The notes under the pieces were generated by a model that was not told where the DNA came from, ran no database searches, and saw only the letters and a program-made list of their open reading frames with translations. This document shows positions 27,580-41,884 of a stretch of DNA of 64,000 nucleotides, piece by piece (within the stretch, counting starts at the first letter, position 1; every line of letters begins with the position of its first letter). The DNA comes from Octopus sinensis (Eukaryota). The stretch spans positions 104,346,001 through 104,410,000 of the forward strand of contig NC_042998.1 in the NCBI RefSeq assembly GCF_006345805.1. The letters run 5' to 3'. The position numbers were made by a program, and so were the translations under genes.

Positions 27580-29000
27580 GAGAGGTATGGACTATATGCC
27601 TTAAATAGGAGAAATACAAAAAGAAACATGCAAAAATTGCTAACGGGACATTTTAAACAGACCGCAAATATTGTACGAAAAATAAACTGAAGGACTGCAT
27701 AGAGAATCAAGATCCCTCTCATCAGAAAAGTATCGGTGCAACAAAATCTCAACTGGTTTGTGCATGTCGAAAGTAAGCAGAAACTAGGCTACAGGCAGTT
27801 ACCTTATATTACGAGAAATTGGAATTGATCTTGGTAAAGATGCAAGGATATGGTTAAAGGTGATAGGAATAAGTTTTTCGTCGTTAACTGCTGGACTATA
27901 ATAGATGAGCGTAGAATCAATTTAGTTTTGATACTACATACGGGGCTTACTATGGACTAATCATCGTCGACAATTGACGGAGTTCCTTTGTTCTTATATG
28001 TGCATGTTGTGTGTCCGTTTGTTTGTGTGTGCGCGTGCGTACATGTTTGTGCGTGTCATAGGTGAAATCTAGGAGTAGGAGTTAAGAGAGCGATAAAATG
28101 TAGGAGTGGTGAACGATATATAGATGGGTCACACAAGTGCTTATTCATAGACTTATGGTATTATATTGACAGGTATAAACATATGTGTGTGTGTGCGTGT
28201 GTGCGTCTGTGTGCGTGGCTATGTCTGTAAGTACATACATATATGTGTGAGTATAGCCATATGATGCAAAATGAGTTTATATTGCTTAGTCTAACGTTAC
28301 ATACATCGAGGGCTACGTTCTGTCTGGTCATATTCCTTGCAAATCAGTTTGGCTGTTTTATGATGTTCAACATCCCTGTGCTGTTAGTAACTTGTTGTGA
28401 AACATCGTAAAACCGTACCCAGTGAAATAATAAAATACTTCAACACCTTAAGGGGCACCTTACAATACAGCATTGTCAGGGCAGTGACAGAACTTTCATA
28501 TGTTTACTACATATTTCTAGAAATATAGATAACATTATATTTTGGTTAAATTTCTACTTCTCGCATCGCGCCTTTTGTCTTACATCACATAATCCAATGT
28601 GCCCATTTTTAAGACAAGAGGTTTACATATGGCGCAGATATGGTTAATATTTCTAGCAAATCAAATAACTGCTTACAGGCTTACTTTTGTTTTGATAGAA
28701 ATGGATAGTATATTTTGGATAGTATATTTTGGATAGTATATTTTGTAGACTGGCGTAGTGAATATAAAGCAAAGTCTGTGCTCAAATCAAATTTAACATT
28801 GCACATCAATATCACTTGACAGCTCTCGTTAAGGGTCCAGACTACACGTATAGTCCGAGATACAAAATGCAAAGGAATAGAAAGAGTCGGAGGTGCCATC
28901 CGACACAACGCCAGCCTGAATAACAAATTTCTAGCCATATGATTTATGTATGCATCAGTGTACATTAATGCATACATACACGTATACAATGCAGTGAATA

Positions 29001-29128
<128 letters not shown>

Positions 29129-29215
29129 ATACATGCATACAAACATATATATATATGCATACATATATACATACATAGAAATATACATAGATGCATGCAT
29201 AAATACATATATATA

Positions 29216-29254
<39 letters not shown>

Positions 29255-30255
29255 TATGTATGTAGGTATAAATATGCACACAACCATACATACGTAAGTA
29301 TATATATATACAATTATGAATCAGTTAATTAAGATAATATATTGTTGCTTAGAATTTTGTAGCTGGTTAAAAGTTCAATAAACTATACGATAAATTAAAT
29401 GGAAATCTCAAAAATAAGGCTCATTTGAAAAGTAATATTCCGGTTAATTATACTGGATAATATCATAAAGATAATAATTTCTCACATATAAATATTAGTA
29501 TGGCTGCGTGTTTGTAGGTGTATGTACGTATGGCCAATTTTCCTTAGGGAGATAACGAATTATATGATGTAAGAGTATAGAAAAAACATAACAGCAAAAA
29601 TTAGAAACTGCAGTAGAACTCGAAAACACGAAAATAGGAAAAGAAATATGGGGAAATTACGAAGCGTGTACAGTTATAAAGAATAAAGTTTGATTAGAAA
29701 CGCCATTAAGTTTGTAAAACACGAGTAAAATATAGAGATAAGCGGGAAGACGTTTATGACGGAAAACATATATAATAATTATGCGTTGGTTTCTCTAATC
29801 AGATGATGGTGTGTGTATGAAATATTTCAGAAGGTACTCCTCAAAATTTCGATATTTAATCGAAATCTCAGATAATTAGAAAATTCTTATGGTTTTATAG
29901 CACCAAAAATGACCTATTATTAATTGACTATGTTATATCATATATGTTTTAAACTACACTTCCATTGAGCAATATATTAATTTTTGCTTGTAAACATGTA
30001 TAGTTTATAGAAAGACGTAAAGAAGTATATACATATATAGATACATACATACGTATACATATAACACTATTTGGTTTGATTTCATTATTGTAACTTATAC
30101 GACTCCATGCCAGTGCAAACTCGCCATGCGGATCCTGTGGTGTAGTTTGTTATATTTGACTCGAGTCGAAAATTCTGGTACCGTGCTTCGCTTCTTCGAA
30201 TTATATATATATATATATACACACACACGTATGTGTGTGTGTGTTCTATTTTTTA

Positions 30256-30667
30256 ATTATTATAGATCTTCCACTGAGGATGGAGCCGGTTTCCAACAAA
30301 GATACAAAGCTCTATCTTTGGGATGTAGTTAACAGAGACAAATTCACATTCGGAACTTGAGAAAAGTTTTGCATATTTTTACTTTTCCACTCACAGACTG
30401 GACTTGTAATGTACGAATCAGCCGGTAATTTTCCCTTTCTGAAAATCCTAGTTTCTCCAGATTCTCCTTTAAGCATTTACTAACAAAACCTATTGTTCCA
30501 ATTATTATTCGTGTGAATATGAGTTCATTGTCTGAATATAGAAGCTGGAGGTTTCGAAGCAGTTGTCCATAGATATCCTCTTTTTCTTTGATTTTCAAAG
30601 AGATATTTATATCTGTAGGGCAGCTGACCTCTATGATGGTATATACCTTTGCTCCTCTGTCCCAAAC
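30256..30667 (-). mobile_element. 5'-truncated RLE-type non-LTR retrotransposon 3' end with open endonuclease frame
   Basis: Continuous frame 30667-30344: VWDRGAKVYTIIEVSCPTDINISLKIKEKEDIYGQLLRNLQLLY...IIIGTIGFVSKCLKENLEKLGF...LQVQSVSGKVKICKTFLKFRM*. This is a PD-(D/E)xK endonuclease C-terminus, followed by a short 3' UTR and (AAT) tail. Confidence 0.85.
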
Positions 30668-30762
30668 AGGCTTACATTTATGTTATGCTTACATTTGATA
30701 GTAGCTTTGATGGGAAAATATTATGCTTACATTTGACAGAAGCTTGATGGGAATATTCACGC

Positions 30763-30844
<82 letters not shown>

Positions 30845-31009
30845 AGTATATTATATGTATGTAAGTATATGTATATGTGGAGAAAAAGAGATAGAGGAGA
30901 GGAAGAAACAAAGAATAAATATATACAGAATATAATATAATATTTATCCCCACTTGAAGTTGATGCTATGCTTGAACACAGAACACTGCAATAGTTGCCA
31001 CGAGAGAAC

Positions 31010-31316
31010 CTCCCATATGGGCATGTTTATATCGCCAGCGGGAGACGATCAGCTACCATCGCAGCTACTGAGACTACCAGTCACGTGATTTCGACATATA
31101 TATACATATACATATACATACATACGCATGTATGTGTGTGTATGTTTGTGTGTGTATGTATATATACACTCCCATATGGGTTTGTGGTGCATATAGGCAC
31201 TCTTGTTTATATCGCCAGCGGGAGCCGATCAGCTACCATCACAGCTGAGACTACCAGATCATGTGATTTCTATATACATATACATACATAAACATGTTTG
31301 TGTGTGTATGTGCGTG

Positions 31317-31340
<24 letters not shown>
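31010..31340. repeat. Local tandem duplication of a unique-sequence + microsatellite unit
   Basis: TGTTTATATCGCCAGCGGGAG.CGATCAGCTACCATC.CAGCT..GAGACTACCAG..A.GTGATTTC at 31024 and 31204 (180 bp apart), each preceded by CTCCCATATGGG. Confidence 0.9.
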
Positions 31341-31352
<12 letters not shown>

Positions 31353-31419
31353 TTGAATAGGTTGTGGATCGGTGCACTTATATGTTTACGCAAAGTTTCA
31401 TAATAACAACAAAACAACA

Positions 31420-32260
31420 AAATGAGAAAACATTTCTTTAAAATAGTATAACGTATATCTCTCGACTGGTAGCCTTCTTCTTGTTTGAATTTGAATGTTT
31501 AACTGTTTATACTTTTATCTTACTGGTCTTCACTTCAAACTCTTGTCATACATGAGAGTTTATATTCAACTTAGCTTAGGTCCAGTACGATCAGAGAACC
31601 ACCTACCACAATGACCAAAAGATACGTTTAGGTCTAATTTTTTACAATCACACAAAATACCGTGTGGCATTTGTTCTGAAACATTATGTTCTGAGTTTAA
31701 ATTATGGTGAGGACCGCTTTGCTTTCCGTCGTGTTTGTGTTCAATGAAATTAAAGTATTACTCAAGAAATGGAATCAATGTATTCGACTAATTCCTTTAC
31801 CCTTCTAATACTGGTCTTGTACCTAAATCAGAAACAACATCGTTAAGACATTAGCCTTTCAATAGGAAACTCTATTGATCAGATAGCCGAAACAACATTT
31901 ATGCAGGAAAATAATAAAGATCACCCAGCACAGCACTACATAGCAATTCAACATGCTGAGCAATATAAAAACATACAAACAACTGCAGGCTGATATAAGA
32001 CCGCCCGATTACGAAAACGCAAGAGGCTAGTTGCTTCTCTAAATCGTAGAGAACAGTTTGGCACGTTGATATATGAAGAGAGTATGTAAACTGTTAATGC
32101 ACTTACACGTTTCTGATTTGCGACTTCAAGTCTAAAAATGTTTAGCGGCATACCTTGTTTACTCTGTTGCACCAGTTACCCAAACCTATCCACTATACTG
32201 ATTAAGAGAGAAATCTACCAGTCTGCCATCTGATGGGGTAAACAGAAATTCAAAGCTGGC
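31420..32260 (-). mobile_element. Possible degenerate Penelope-like element (RT C-terminus / GIY-YIG remnant and 3' terminal repeat)
   Basis: Weak peptides QRAKLFST..LEKQLAS, ILCDCK and W..AKLNIN in the expected order on the minus strand, ending in the degenerate hammerhead-like GAAGA-A-GGC-TACCA-GTC-GAGA at about 31460-31480. Confidence 0.35.
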
Positions 32261-32289
32261 AGTTATATATACGTATATACATACATACA

Positions 32290-32327
<38 letters not shown>

Positions 32328-32455
32328 TTTTGGGATATTTCTACTGCTTTTCAATGAAGCATATTATTATACCTCTGGTATTCGAGTACTATATATATAT
32401 ATATATATATATATCTATATATATATATATAAATATAGATGATAGATAGATAGAT

Positions 32456-32523
<68 letters not shown>

Positions 32524-32574
32524 GATATACACATACACACATACACACACACATCTTTTATCATATACTTATTT

Positions 32575-32945
32575 AAGTCATTTAAGTCACTAAATTCCGG
32601 CCATACTGGGGCACCACCTTGAAGAACGAATCAACTCCCGTTCTTATTATTTTGTAAAGCTTGATGCTTGTTCTATCGAAATCTTTTGTCGAACTGCTAA
32701 GTTAAGGGGACTTAAACACACCACCACCGCTTGTCAAACACAAACAAAACTACTCACACACTCATATATAATATATGTGTGTGTGTGAGTGAGTGCGTGT
32801 GTGTATGCATGCGTGTGTGTGCGACGGGCTTGTTTCAGTTTCCGGCAACTAAATTTGCTCACAAGGTATTGGTTGATCCAAGGCTATTGTAGAAACCACT
32901 TGTGGCTCCGAAGCAAACTTCTAACCACACAGCCATGGCTGCGCA
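32575..32945 (-). mobile_element. SINE family B with internal deletions
   Basis: GGCCATACTGGGGCACCACCTT...CACCACCGCTTGTCAA and ACGACGGGCTTGTTTCAGTTTCCG...CTAACCACACAGCCA. Confidence 0.8.
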
Positions 32946-35042
32946 TATATAACTATATACACATATGTACATACATAATATATAGGGAAACGCTCTGAAT
33001 TACCCTTGTCGGTGAGGGTTGTTTACAGACTCTATTTTTCTAACACATTAAGGAATTCCTATGAAAAAATTAAAATATCATTGAAAAGAATATAAAATGA
33101 GATACCATTTATGCATTCAGTACACCATTATAATGTATGAGTGTGTTTGTGAGAGTGAGAGTGCGTAATAATCCGTACACTTGTGTGTATGTAGTCGTGT
33201 ACTCAATATACAATTATATATGTATATATGTGTATTTGTTTGTCTGTGTGCGCACACTCATAAAACACACTTATAAATGGAGGTGAGAGACAGAGGTGTA
33301 GAGAAAGGAGGGTGAGAATTAGAGAAAAAGAGAGAGAGAGTGTGGGGTAGCGAGAGAACATTTATCGACACCCCAGCTACTTCAAACTGTCTAAAAGAAC
33401 TTTCAATAGAAAATATTTTATATTTAGCATAAAATGAAATACAAATATTCACGCAATAGATGTTAGAAGAATACAAATATAAAATCACCGCCAACAAATG
33501 GAAAAAGAGCGATAGAAAACCAGAGAGGGGGGAAAAGAGAAGGAGAAAAAGAAAGTCTTGAGAGAGGGAGTGGGTGAGTGAATGAGATGTTACACGTTGC
33601 ATATAGGTCGATTTTCTTCCCTCTGGCTCTCACACAAATAGCAATATGATGCTGTGAATCAACCTCAATTGACGATTTCCCATCACTTCAGTTACATACG
33701 CTCACACAGACATATGCACACATCATCCCACGCCATAAATAAATAAATAAAATACGAATTGCTTTATAATCTCTTAAAATAATACAAAGTTAATAACAGC
33801 TGTAGATTTTAACGAAAATATCTAAAATAACAATTATTGCAGAATTATTTTTAACTAAGGATAACTATAATTGACACATTCTATCTTTTTTCTCACTTGT
33901 ACTATATTTTTACTCTCTTTTTATTTGTTATAGTAAATAAGCTAAAGAAAATAACTTGTAAATAAATAGTTTATTAGCTTCGTATAAAGATATCGTATAT
34001 TATAGTATCTCAAAACCAGTAAAATGTATTTATTTGTGCCCCCAGTATAGTATATATATGGGAATATTTACTACATAAAATATTTAAAAAAAAATAGAAG
34101 ATATTAATTCAATAAAAAATATCATAAAAAATGATTCAAAAATATAAGATGAGAAAAAAGATAATTCCGAAAAAAAAATTGAAGAAAGAAAGTATTCTTC
34201 TCAATAAAATAAATATTGAATTCTAGCATTGGCAAAACACCCAAAATTTGGTAAAAGATAAAATGGAAGAAATTCGATATTAGTACATCACTTAAATTCG
34301 CATCTAAATTGTTCTACTTTTTACCTGACTAGAAAAGGGGTGCATAGACTAGGTTGACAAGCGGAAGCAGACATATGCACGCTCAAAATGAATGAACAAA
34401 TAAGGATTTGTATATACTGAGTGTATATATTTTACAAGAAAGTCTGAAACGTGAATATGACTCCATAGTGATTCGAAATCTAAACGCAGAAATTCGTAGC
34501 TAAGAACATAAAAATGTATGCGTATAACATAACAAGATAAATATATTTGTTACCCATTGGACTTTTCGTATGCGTGTGCGCATGTGGGGGTGGCGTGCCT
34601 ATGGATACACATATATAGGTGTATTTATACACATACACACCTATCTATATACACAAGCATCTGTATAATATACATTATATACAACCGGATACATATATGT
34701 ATAAGGCTAATTCTTCAAAAATGAGAGAAAGTGAATGAGAGAACGAATGGAGAGAGGGAGGGAGAGAGAGAGAGAGGGAGAGAGAGAGAAAGGGACGATA
34801 GCGATGAATTCATAATACAAGGCATCCTAAGAATTATTGAATATATAGTTATAGAAATGTAAGTTTACACACCCCCACATATATATATATATATATATGT
34901 ATGTATATATATATAAGTATATAGCTATTACTACTTCCGATAACTACATCGGAACGTCAGTTATTATGAAATACACAATAACTATAAAACTGCTAGATTA
35001 AAACTACACCGTATAGCCCCGCCCCACACTCACACATGTATA

Positions 35043-35077
<35 letters not shown>

Positions 35078-35332
35078 TTATGTATGTATGCATAATCATG
35101 AATTCAAGAAATAAATCAATAAGATGAACACTTTAAATAGCATACATATATACACAGAGAGATACAAAGTACGTAAACAAAGTCGTATGCACTCACATTA
35201 TCACTCATGCACACATATGCACAAGACTTACTTAGATTCACACATTTATACACACACACACACACACAAACACATACGTACATACATACATACATACATA
35301 TATATATGTATATATACATATATATACATATA

Positions 35333-35490
<158 letters not shown>

Positions 35491-35509
35491 CGTATTGCTC
35501 TCCAACATG

Positions 35510-35966
35510 TTCGTGTTCAGTCCCGCTGCCGGTCACCTTGGGCTTGTGTCTTCTACTATAGCCTCGGGCTGACCAAAGCCTTGTGAGTGGATTTGGTAGA
35601 CGGAAACTGAATGAAGCTTGTCGTATATATTATATATATATATATATTTGTGTCTGTGTTCAGCAAAAGAGACCGATAGATTAAGTATATGGCTTGCAAA
35701 GTCCAGAGGTCGATTTCCTTGAATAAAAGGCGTTGGTCCAGCATGGCCACAGTCAAAACGACTGAAACAAGTAAATGAATAAAAGAATATACATATATAC
35801 ATAGACACAAGAGTGGCTGTGTGGTAAATAGCTTGCTTACCAACCACATGGTTTCGGGTTCATTCCCACTGCGTGTCACCATGGGCAAGTGTCTTCTACT
35901 TTAGACTTGGGCCGACCAAAGCCTTGTGAGTGGATTTGGTAGACGGAAACTGAAAGAATCCCGTCG
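35510..35966 (+). mobile_element. Two tandem SINE family B copies (5'-truncated copy 35510-35790, then a head 35810-35966)
   Basis: Two copies of CTTCTACT.TAG.C.TGGGC.GACCAAAGCCTTGTGAGTGGATTTGGTAGACGGAAACTGAA, with tail motifs in between. Confidence 0.9.
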
Positions 35967-35968
35967 TA

Positions 35969-36009
<41 letters not shown>

Positions 36010-36270
36010 ATGTGTGTGTGTGTGTTTATGTTTCACCCATGAACCTCTGAACATCTTGTGTTTCAGGCTCTATATCACTTTAACTTCAACAGTGACACGC
36101 ACAACACAAATCGCAATTTAAATAAACGAATGAATCACATATTGACTATTACCTGATTTCTCATTCGTTAACGTATGTGTGTAAATGTTTGTGTTTATAT
36201 ACATACATACATACATACATACATGCATTCATGCACACATACACACATATGTGTATGTGTATGTGTTTAT

Positions 36271-36329
<59 letters not shown>

Positions 36330-36429
36330 GCGCAAAATGCATACACACACACATAATGCACGTAAGCGTTTAGGAAATTAATGAATAAACAGCACAGCTA
36401 GGGTGAATCAATATAACACTATTAGGTAA

Positions 36430-36776
36430 TTTATTATTATTATTACTATTATTATTATTGTTGTTATTATTATTATTATTATATTATTATTATTGTTGTT
36501 GTTGTTGTTGTTGTTGTTGTTATTATTATTATTATTATTATTATTTTATTATTACTATTATTATTGTTGTTGTTGTTGTTGTTGTTGTTATTATTATTAT
36601 TATATTATCATTATTATCATTATTATTATTGTTATTATTATTATTGTTGTTATTATTATTATTATTATTAGTATTAGTAGTAGTAATGGTGGTGGTGGTG
36701 GTGGCGGTTGTGGTAGTGGTGGTGGTGGTGGTGGTGGTGGTGGTGTGTAGTAGTAGTAGTAGTAGTAGTAGTAGTA
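36430..36776. repeat. Compound trinucleotide array (ATT/GTT/AGT/GGT/AGT)
   Basis: Visible directly; source of the poly-L/Y/V/G pseudo-ORFs. Confidence 0.95.
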
Positions 36777-37835
36777 CTTTTTTTCCCCCTCACTTATTTA
36801 TATATCGTTGTCTATTCCCTACTCCCACCCCTACTTATTTGTGTCATGCTGGCTGGCCACTGTTTCCTTCCTAACAACAAACATTGCATAAATGATGAGG
36901 CGGTGTTTGACTCATCGTTGCAACTACTATTGACATGGTTGGATCAGCTCTGCAGTCTAAGTGTGACTGATGTTTTTGTATTTAAAGCATTTCAATAGGT
37001 CAGTGTCGTCGTTAAAACTCTTATCTTAGCCCAATAGAATTCCAGAATCGTAAAGCCTGATATCGTAGACGATTTATTTGAGAAGGAAAGGAATTTGAGG
37101 AAGGGGGAGTTATATGATTACTTTGTTTTGAGTCATGCATACAGGCATGCTACCTTTGCAGTTGTTTTGGATAGCAGCTAATAGGAATGTGTATGTGTGT
37201 ATGTGTATAAAAATACATGTGTGTGTGTATATATATATATATATAATATGTATATATGCGTGTATACTCATTCCAATCTGGACATCCTCCGTCTTTCATG
37301 TGCGAACGCTCAAGCAATAGGAAAGAGAAGGGTGAATATTTTGGTGTAATTGGTGTAACAAGAAGCTCTGAGCATCATAGCGAAAACTCATTTATATATA
37401 TATATATATTAAATATGCGTGTGTGTGTTTTGTATAGTTTTCCTTTGCCATATTGCGGTTCACTTATCGCGGTACACATATCGCGGTATATTATTTAAGC
37501 TTATGCCGAATTCTCCGAGGTGTTGTTTTACATTTATAATAAAATAAATATATGCAAATTATAAAAATAATGAAAAAAAATATTCAGTACTGTAATTTTT
37601 CTACTTAGCGGATTTTCACCCATCGCGTGGGGTTTTGGAACGTAACACCCACAATAGACGAGGGATTACTGTATATCTTATATATATATATATATATATA
37701 TTACCAGCGTGTATATATATATAACATCGTATATATATATACATATAATATATATATCTACCAGCGTGTATATATATATATATATATTATATATATATAT
37801 ATTATACCATCGTATATATATATATGTGTGTGTGT

Positions 37836-37889
<54 letters not shown>

Positions 37890-37892
<3 letters not shown>

Positions 37893-38090
37893 TGAATACC
37901 AACGCAGGAAGCTTCTTTGGATTAGTTACTTTAAAACGTCGTAAGTGATGGACCCTTGATGAAATTGCAGTGACTAAGATGCATAATTGCATACAGAGTA
38001 ATGTGTAGTTGGTGCAATTGAAACATGTTTGGTTATTGTTATATATGCTGTAGAAAACGTTTTAATAAAACGTTTTGGATGTGAATAACT
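37890..38090 (+). mobile_element. Possible Penelope-type terminal remnant with hammerhead-like motif (long helix II loop)
   Basis: TTGATGA (37956-37962), AATTGCA...TGCAATT (7-bp stem), GAAA, CATGTT; downstream AATAAA; inserted in (TA)n. Confidence 0.4.
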
Positions 38091-38208
38091 CTCCACTCTC
38101 CTCTTCGTTTACAATTATACACACACACACATATCTATCTATATATATATAAGAAATTTTGATATTAATCTTGGCCTGTATATATACATATATATATATA
38201 TATATCTA

Positions 38209-38266
<58 letters not shown>

Positions 38267-38288
38267 TGTATATATATATATATGTATG

Positions 38289-38333
<45 letters not shown>

Positions 38334-38342
38334 TATTATATA

Positions 38343-38394
<52 letters not shown>

Positions 38395-38404
38395 GCATGT
38401 ATGC

Positions 38405-38455
<51 letters not shown>

Positions 38456-38469
38456 TATATGCATTTGTG

Positions 38470-38870
38470 TACCCAGTATTTCACTTCTCAGAACTCCTGA
38501 TTTCACTTACTCCGGTTAATTCTGTAAGAGCGGTTGTCTAGGTCCTCATAGGGTCTTTTTCCAAGATACATCCGAGTACTAATTTTAAAATCCTCTCTGA
38601 CCCCAATAAACCAGTCTTCTGAGCCTGTTCTATCTTTATGTAAGTCCGAAGTTTTCAAATTTGGCCCTTAATGTTACTCTCTTTACACTCACATTCGTGC
38701 AACCTCATCTTTTAGTAGCTTGTACTTTTCAGTCTTTTCAAGCTCTCTGTCACACATTCGTGCATCCCCTGATAGTTGTAGTGTTTCGTTTTTATATACG
38801 TCATCTCAGCTATTGGCACTTGGCATTCTGCAAAATGTATCCAGGTACTCTAGAGACAGAATTATAATCC
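38470..38870 (-). mobile_element. RLE-type LINE 3' fragment
   Basis: SGDARMCDRELEKTEKYKLLKDEVARM*, matching D...GD.R...KE.EK..KY..L..E..R.W. Confidence 0.7.
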
Positions 38871-39269
38871 TTCACCGTATATTGACTATATAAAATATTC
38901 TAATAATTGGGCATATAAACCCCATATCGGAAAAACAGGTATTTGTATGTGTGAGAAAGGAACCCAGTCAACTCATTTTCGTGATAAGTGTGCCGACTGA
39001 TTTCAAGAACACGTTAAATATGTCAACATGTGCGGATTTTCTGTGAATTAGGAAACGTTGGCGAGCAAAATTATGCAAATAGAATTAAAATCATTCATCG
39101 TATATTGACTATGGAAAATAGTCTAATATTAGAGCATGTAAAACCTGTAACAGAAGGAATGAACGGCTTAATATTAGACCATTTTTTCAAAAGTCAATAG
39201 AAAGTGAAGATTTATAGTTTTATTTACATCGCAGTCACTTAATTCACACAGAATTCACAGATGTTTACA

Positions 39270-39842
39270 AATCCAGGAATATCAAGTGTTGGAAAGAGGA
39301 TAGATTTTTGGAGCGTTCACATGTCTATTGCTGATGTTTCATTGCTTCAGAGCGCATGATAATTCTTGGGAGGATTGAACCTAATTCCTCAATGGTAATT
39401 GGTACAACTTTCTATTTTGTTACTGGGCAACCCCCAAATTCTTGATATCTCGACTTTTAAACTATCATATTTCGAGATTTTTTTCATTTTCGTAGTCCGT
39501 AGCGCTTTTGTGCGAAGGAATTATAACATTAATAGGAAGCATTTTTTAAATATCATATATAATGATGCCTCGTCCAGAATATTCAATTGTTTATATGGAT
39601 AATAAAATCGCATAGAAGTTTTGATTTATCAGCTTTCTTTCGGGCTTTTTTCCTGATACACGATTGTACCTCTTGTCTGAAGTGTTATATCCATAATTTT
39701 CACAAAGTCATCGATGTAAATTGAGGCATACGTAGTAAGTATTACTTTTATTATGTCATGCTTACAAAAATAATTCTTCACTCTGCATGGCAATTGTTTA
39801 TTCAGCACTACAATCACGACGACAGTTATATCATTATTATTA

Positions 39843-39924
<82 letters not shown>

Positions 39925-40320
39925 AACCGCCTCACTGTTCCACTGTTCCTCATTAGCTTTAGCAGGTTCTGAATTTCGTGTGTCTCCACCCAAAACATTG
40001 ATGTAGCTGAGTAGTCTTTGTCCGATATTTGTGTGAGGGATTCTGAAAATACAACGGATGATATGCCTGATGCTTAGCACGAGAGCAGAGACCAACAAAA
40101 TCTACACCTCCGTCGACCAACAATAATGTCCATAAATCTCTTTGCTCTTGTGCTCCCGCCATATGAGATGTCTTGATCCCTGATAAGAAACATTTTGTAT
40201 GTATACTACAGGCATTTTTTAAGCTACTTGTTCATAGTTTGGGTCTCAGCTCTATAGCAAAAATTTGTCTCAGCACATCCTGAAGAAAACGGGCTTTCTT
40301 GACAAGGCTAATCTTCAACA
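39270..40320 (-). mobile_element. Degenerate RLE-type (R4/Dong-like) LINE 3' portion interrupted by (AAT)n
   Basis: In order on the minus strand: KSKEIYGHY..W (pre-knuckle), (AAT)n at 39830-39925, NYFCKHD (RHD), DDFVKIMDITLQT, and IPSHK...ENEKISKYDSLKVEISRIWG...KVVPITI..LGSI. Confidence 0.7.
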
Positions 40321-40400
40321 ATAAGCCTGCACTTCAGCAACAAAGATACTCACTCATGCACACATGCATGCATACATACATACATACATACATACATACA

Positions 40401-40431
<31 letters not shown>

Positions 40432-41249
40432 GCTCGTATAGACAAAGCAGTACGTGTCAAATGCTCAATGATCGAGTAAATATATACTTTATTATAAATA
40501 TATATTTTATTAAATGTCGTAGATTACTGCTGTTCTATAGCAGTAACGATTGTAAAATATAAGCAAAACGCATGGTTTCCATATAGCGTGTAAATGAAGA
40601 ACGTATAGAGTAATGGAACAGTGTTTTAATAAAGTTATCTTTCTGTAATTTCAAGTAATTAATGGTGACAATTTTGTAGTCGCAAACACTAAGAAATACA
40701 CACACAAGCACAAAATTAATGAGGGAAAATGACAGACAGGTAGTGTGACAGACAAAGAGAAAGATAGAAACATAGACAGACAGACCAGATAGTCGTGAAA
40801 CAGAATAAGGCGGGCCCATGATACAGACAGAGTGACAAACAGACAGACAAAATGAGACAGAATCTAAAATGAAGATAATAAGGACAACAAACACAAGCAT
40901 ATGAAGTTTGTTGTAGTGGAATAACGTAACTAAGAAATGATTTATTTATTTAGCTTCGTTGCATAATTTATCTTCAAATTTTCTTTCTATTAAGCAAATG
41001 CTTTGAAATAAATATCAAAGTCATCATCAATACTACAGCAACTTCTATAGGTCTAATTGCGGTTGCTACTTGTTTATGCTCTGGACAGGGTGCCAAAACA
41101 AAGCGGAAATATATGCGTATATACACGCGTGTGTATGTGTGTGTGTATGTATGTATGCGTGTGTCTTGCTTACTAGCATACTTGAAAAAACGTAAGAATG
41201 GTTTGTGGCATCCTTTTCCTAATTTATGAAGCTATTAATCATATTATTA

Positions 41250-41302
<53 letters not shown>

Positions 41303-41479
41303 TGGTGTTGGTGTTGTTTTTGTTGTTTTTTGTTGTTGTTATTGTTACTGTTGCTTGCTGTTACCGCTTAAATTATTACCATCGTCTCCAACATGCACAT
41401 ATCAGAAAGAATTTTTTCTTTTATGTAGCATATTGTCAGTACATTCATCATGTGTTATATATGTACACACTCAGAGACA

Positions 41480-41520
<41 letters not shown>

Positions 41521-41884
41521 CAAGCACACACATGTGTGTGTGTAACGTTCTTGTACATCGTTGTCCGTTTGTCTACTGCTTGTTGAGTAATGCAATCAAC
41601 ATCAACATCAACGCCAAAGCACATTTGAATGAATAAATTAATAAATATATAAATACCATCAATGATAGGAAGTTACCATAACAAACACAATAATAATCAA
41701 TTTCGTTGCTACTATGTTAAACTGTCGTATGTCTAAATTTGCCCAAATGCGCTTTTCTCAATATTTATTTTTGCTTGCAATAGCCGCTACTTTTGGTCAA
41801 ACTATCGTATCTCCAGCTTCTTCAGTTACCAAGATATCAAAAATTGTCAAAGTGTAGTATAACGGTTTTGCTATGGAATACTCT

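Noticed and set aside
27805-27897. Minus-strand open segment PAVNDEKLIPITFNHILASLPRSIPISRNI with AG/GT ends
   Set aside because: Weak polypyrimidine tract and no recognisable homology.
28703-28744. Three tandem copies of GGATAGTATATTTT
   Set aside because: An ordinary short slippage repeat with no spacers or context.
36880-37100. Possible mariner C-terminal remnant on the minus strand
   Set aside because: Motif spacing after the putative third Asp does not fit and there are too many stops.
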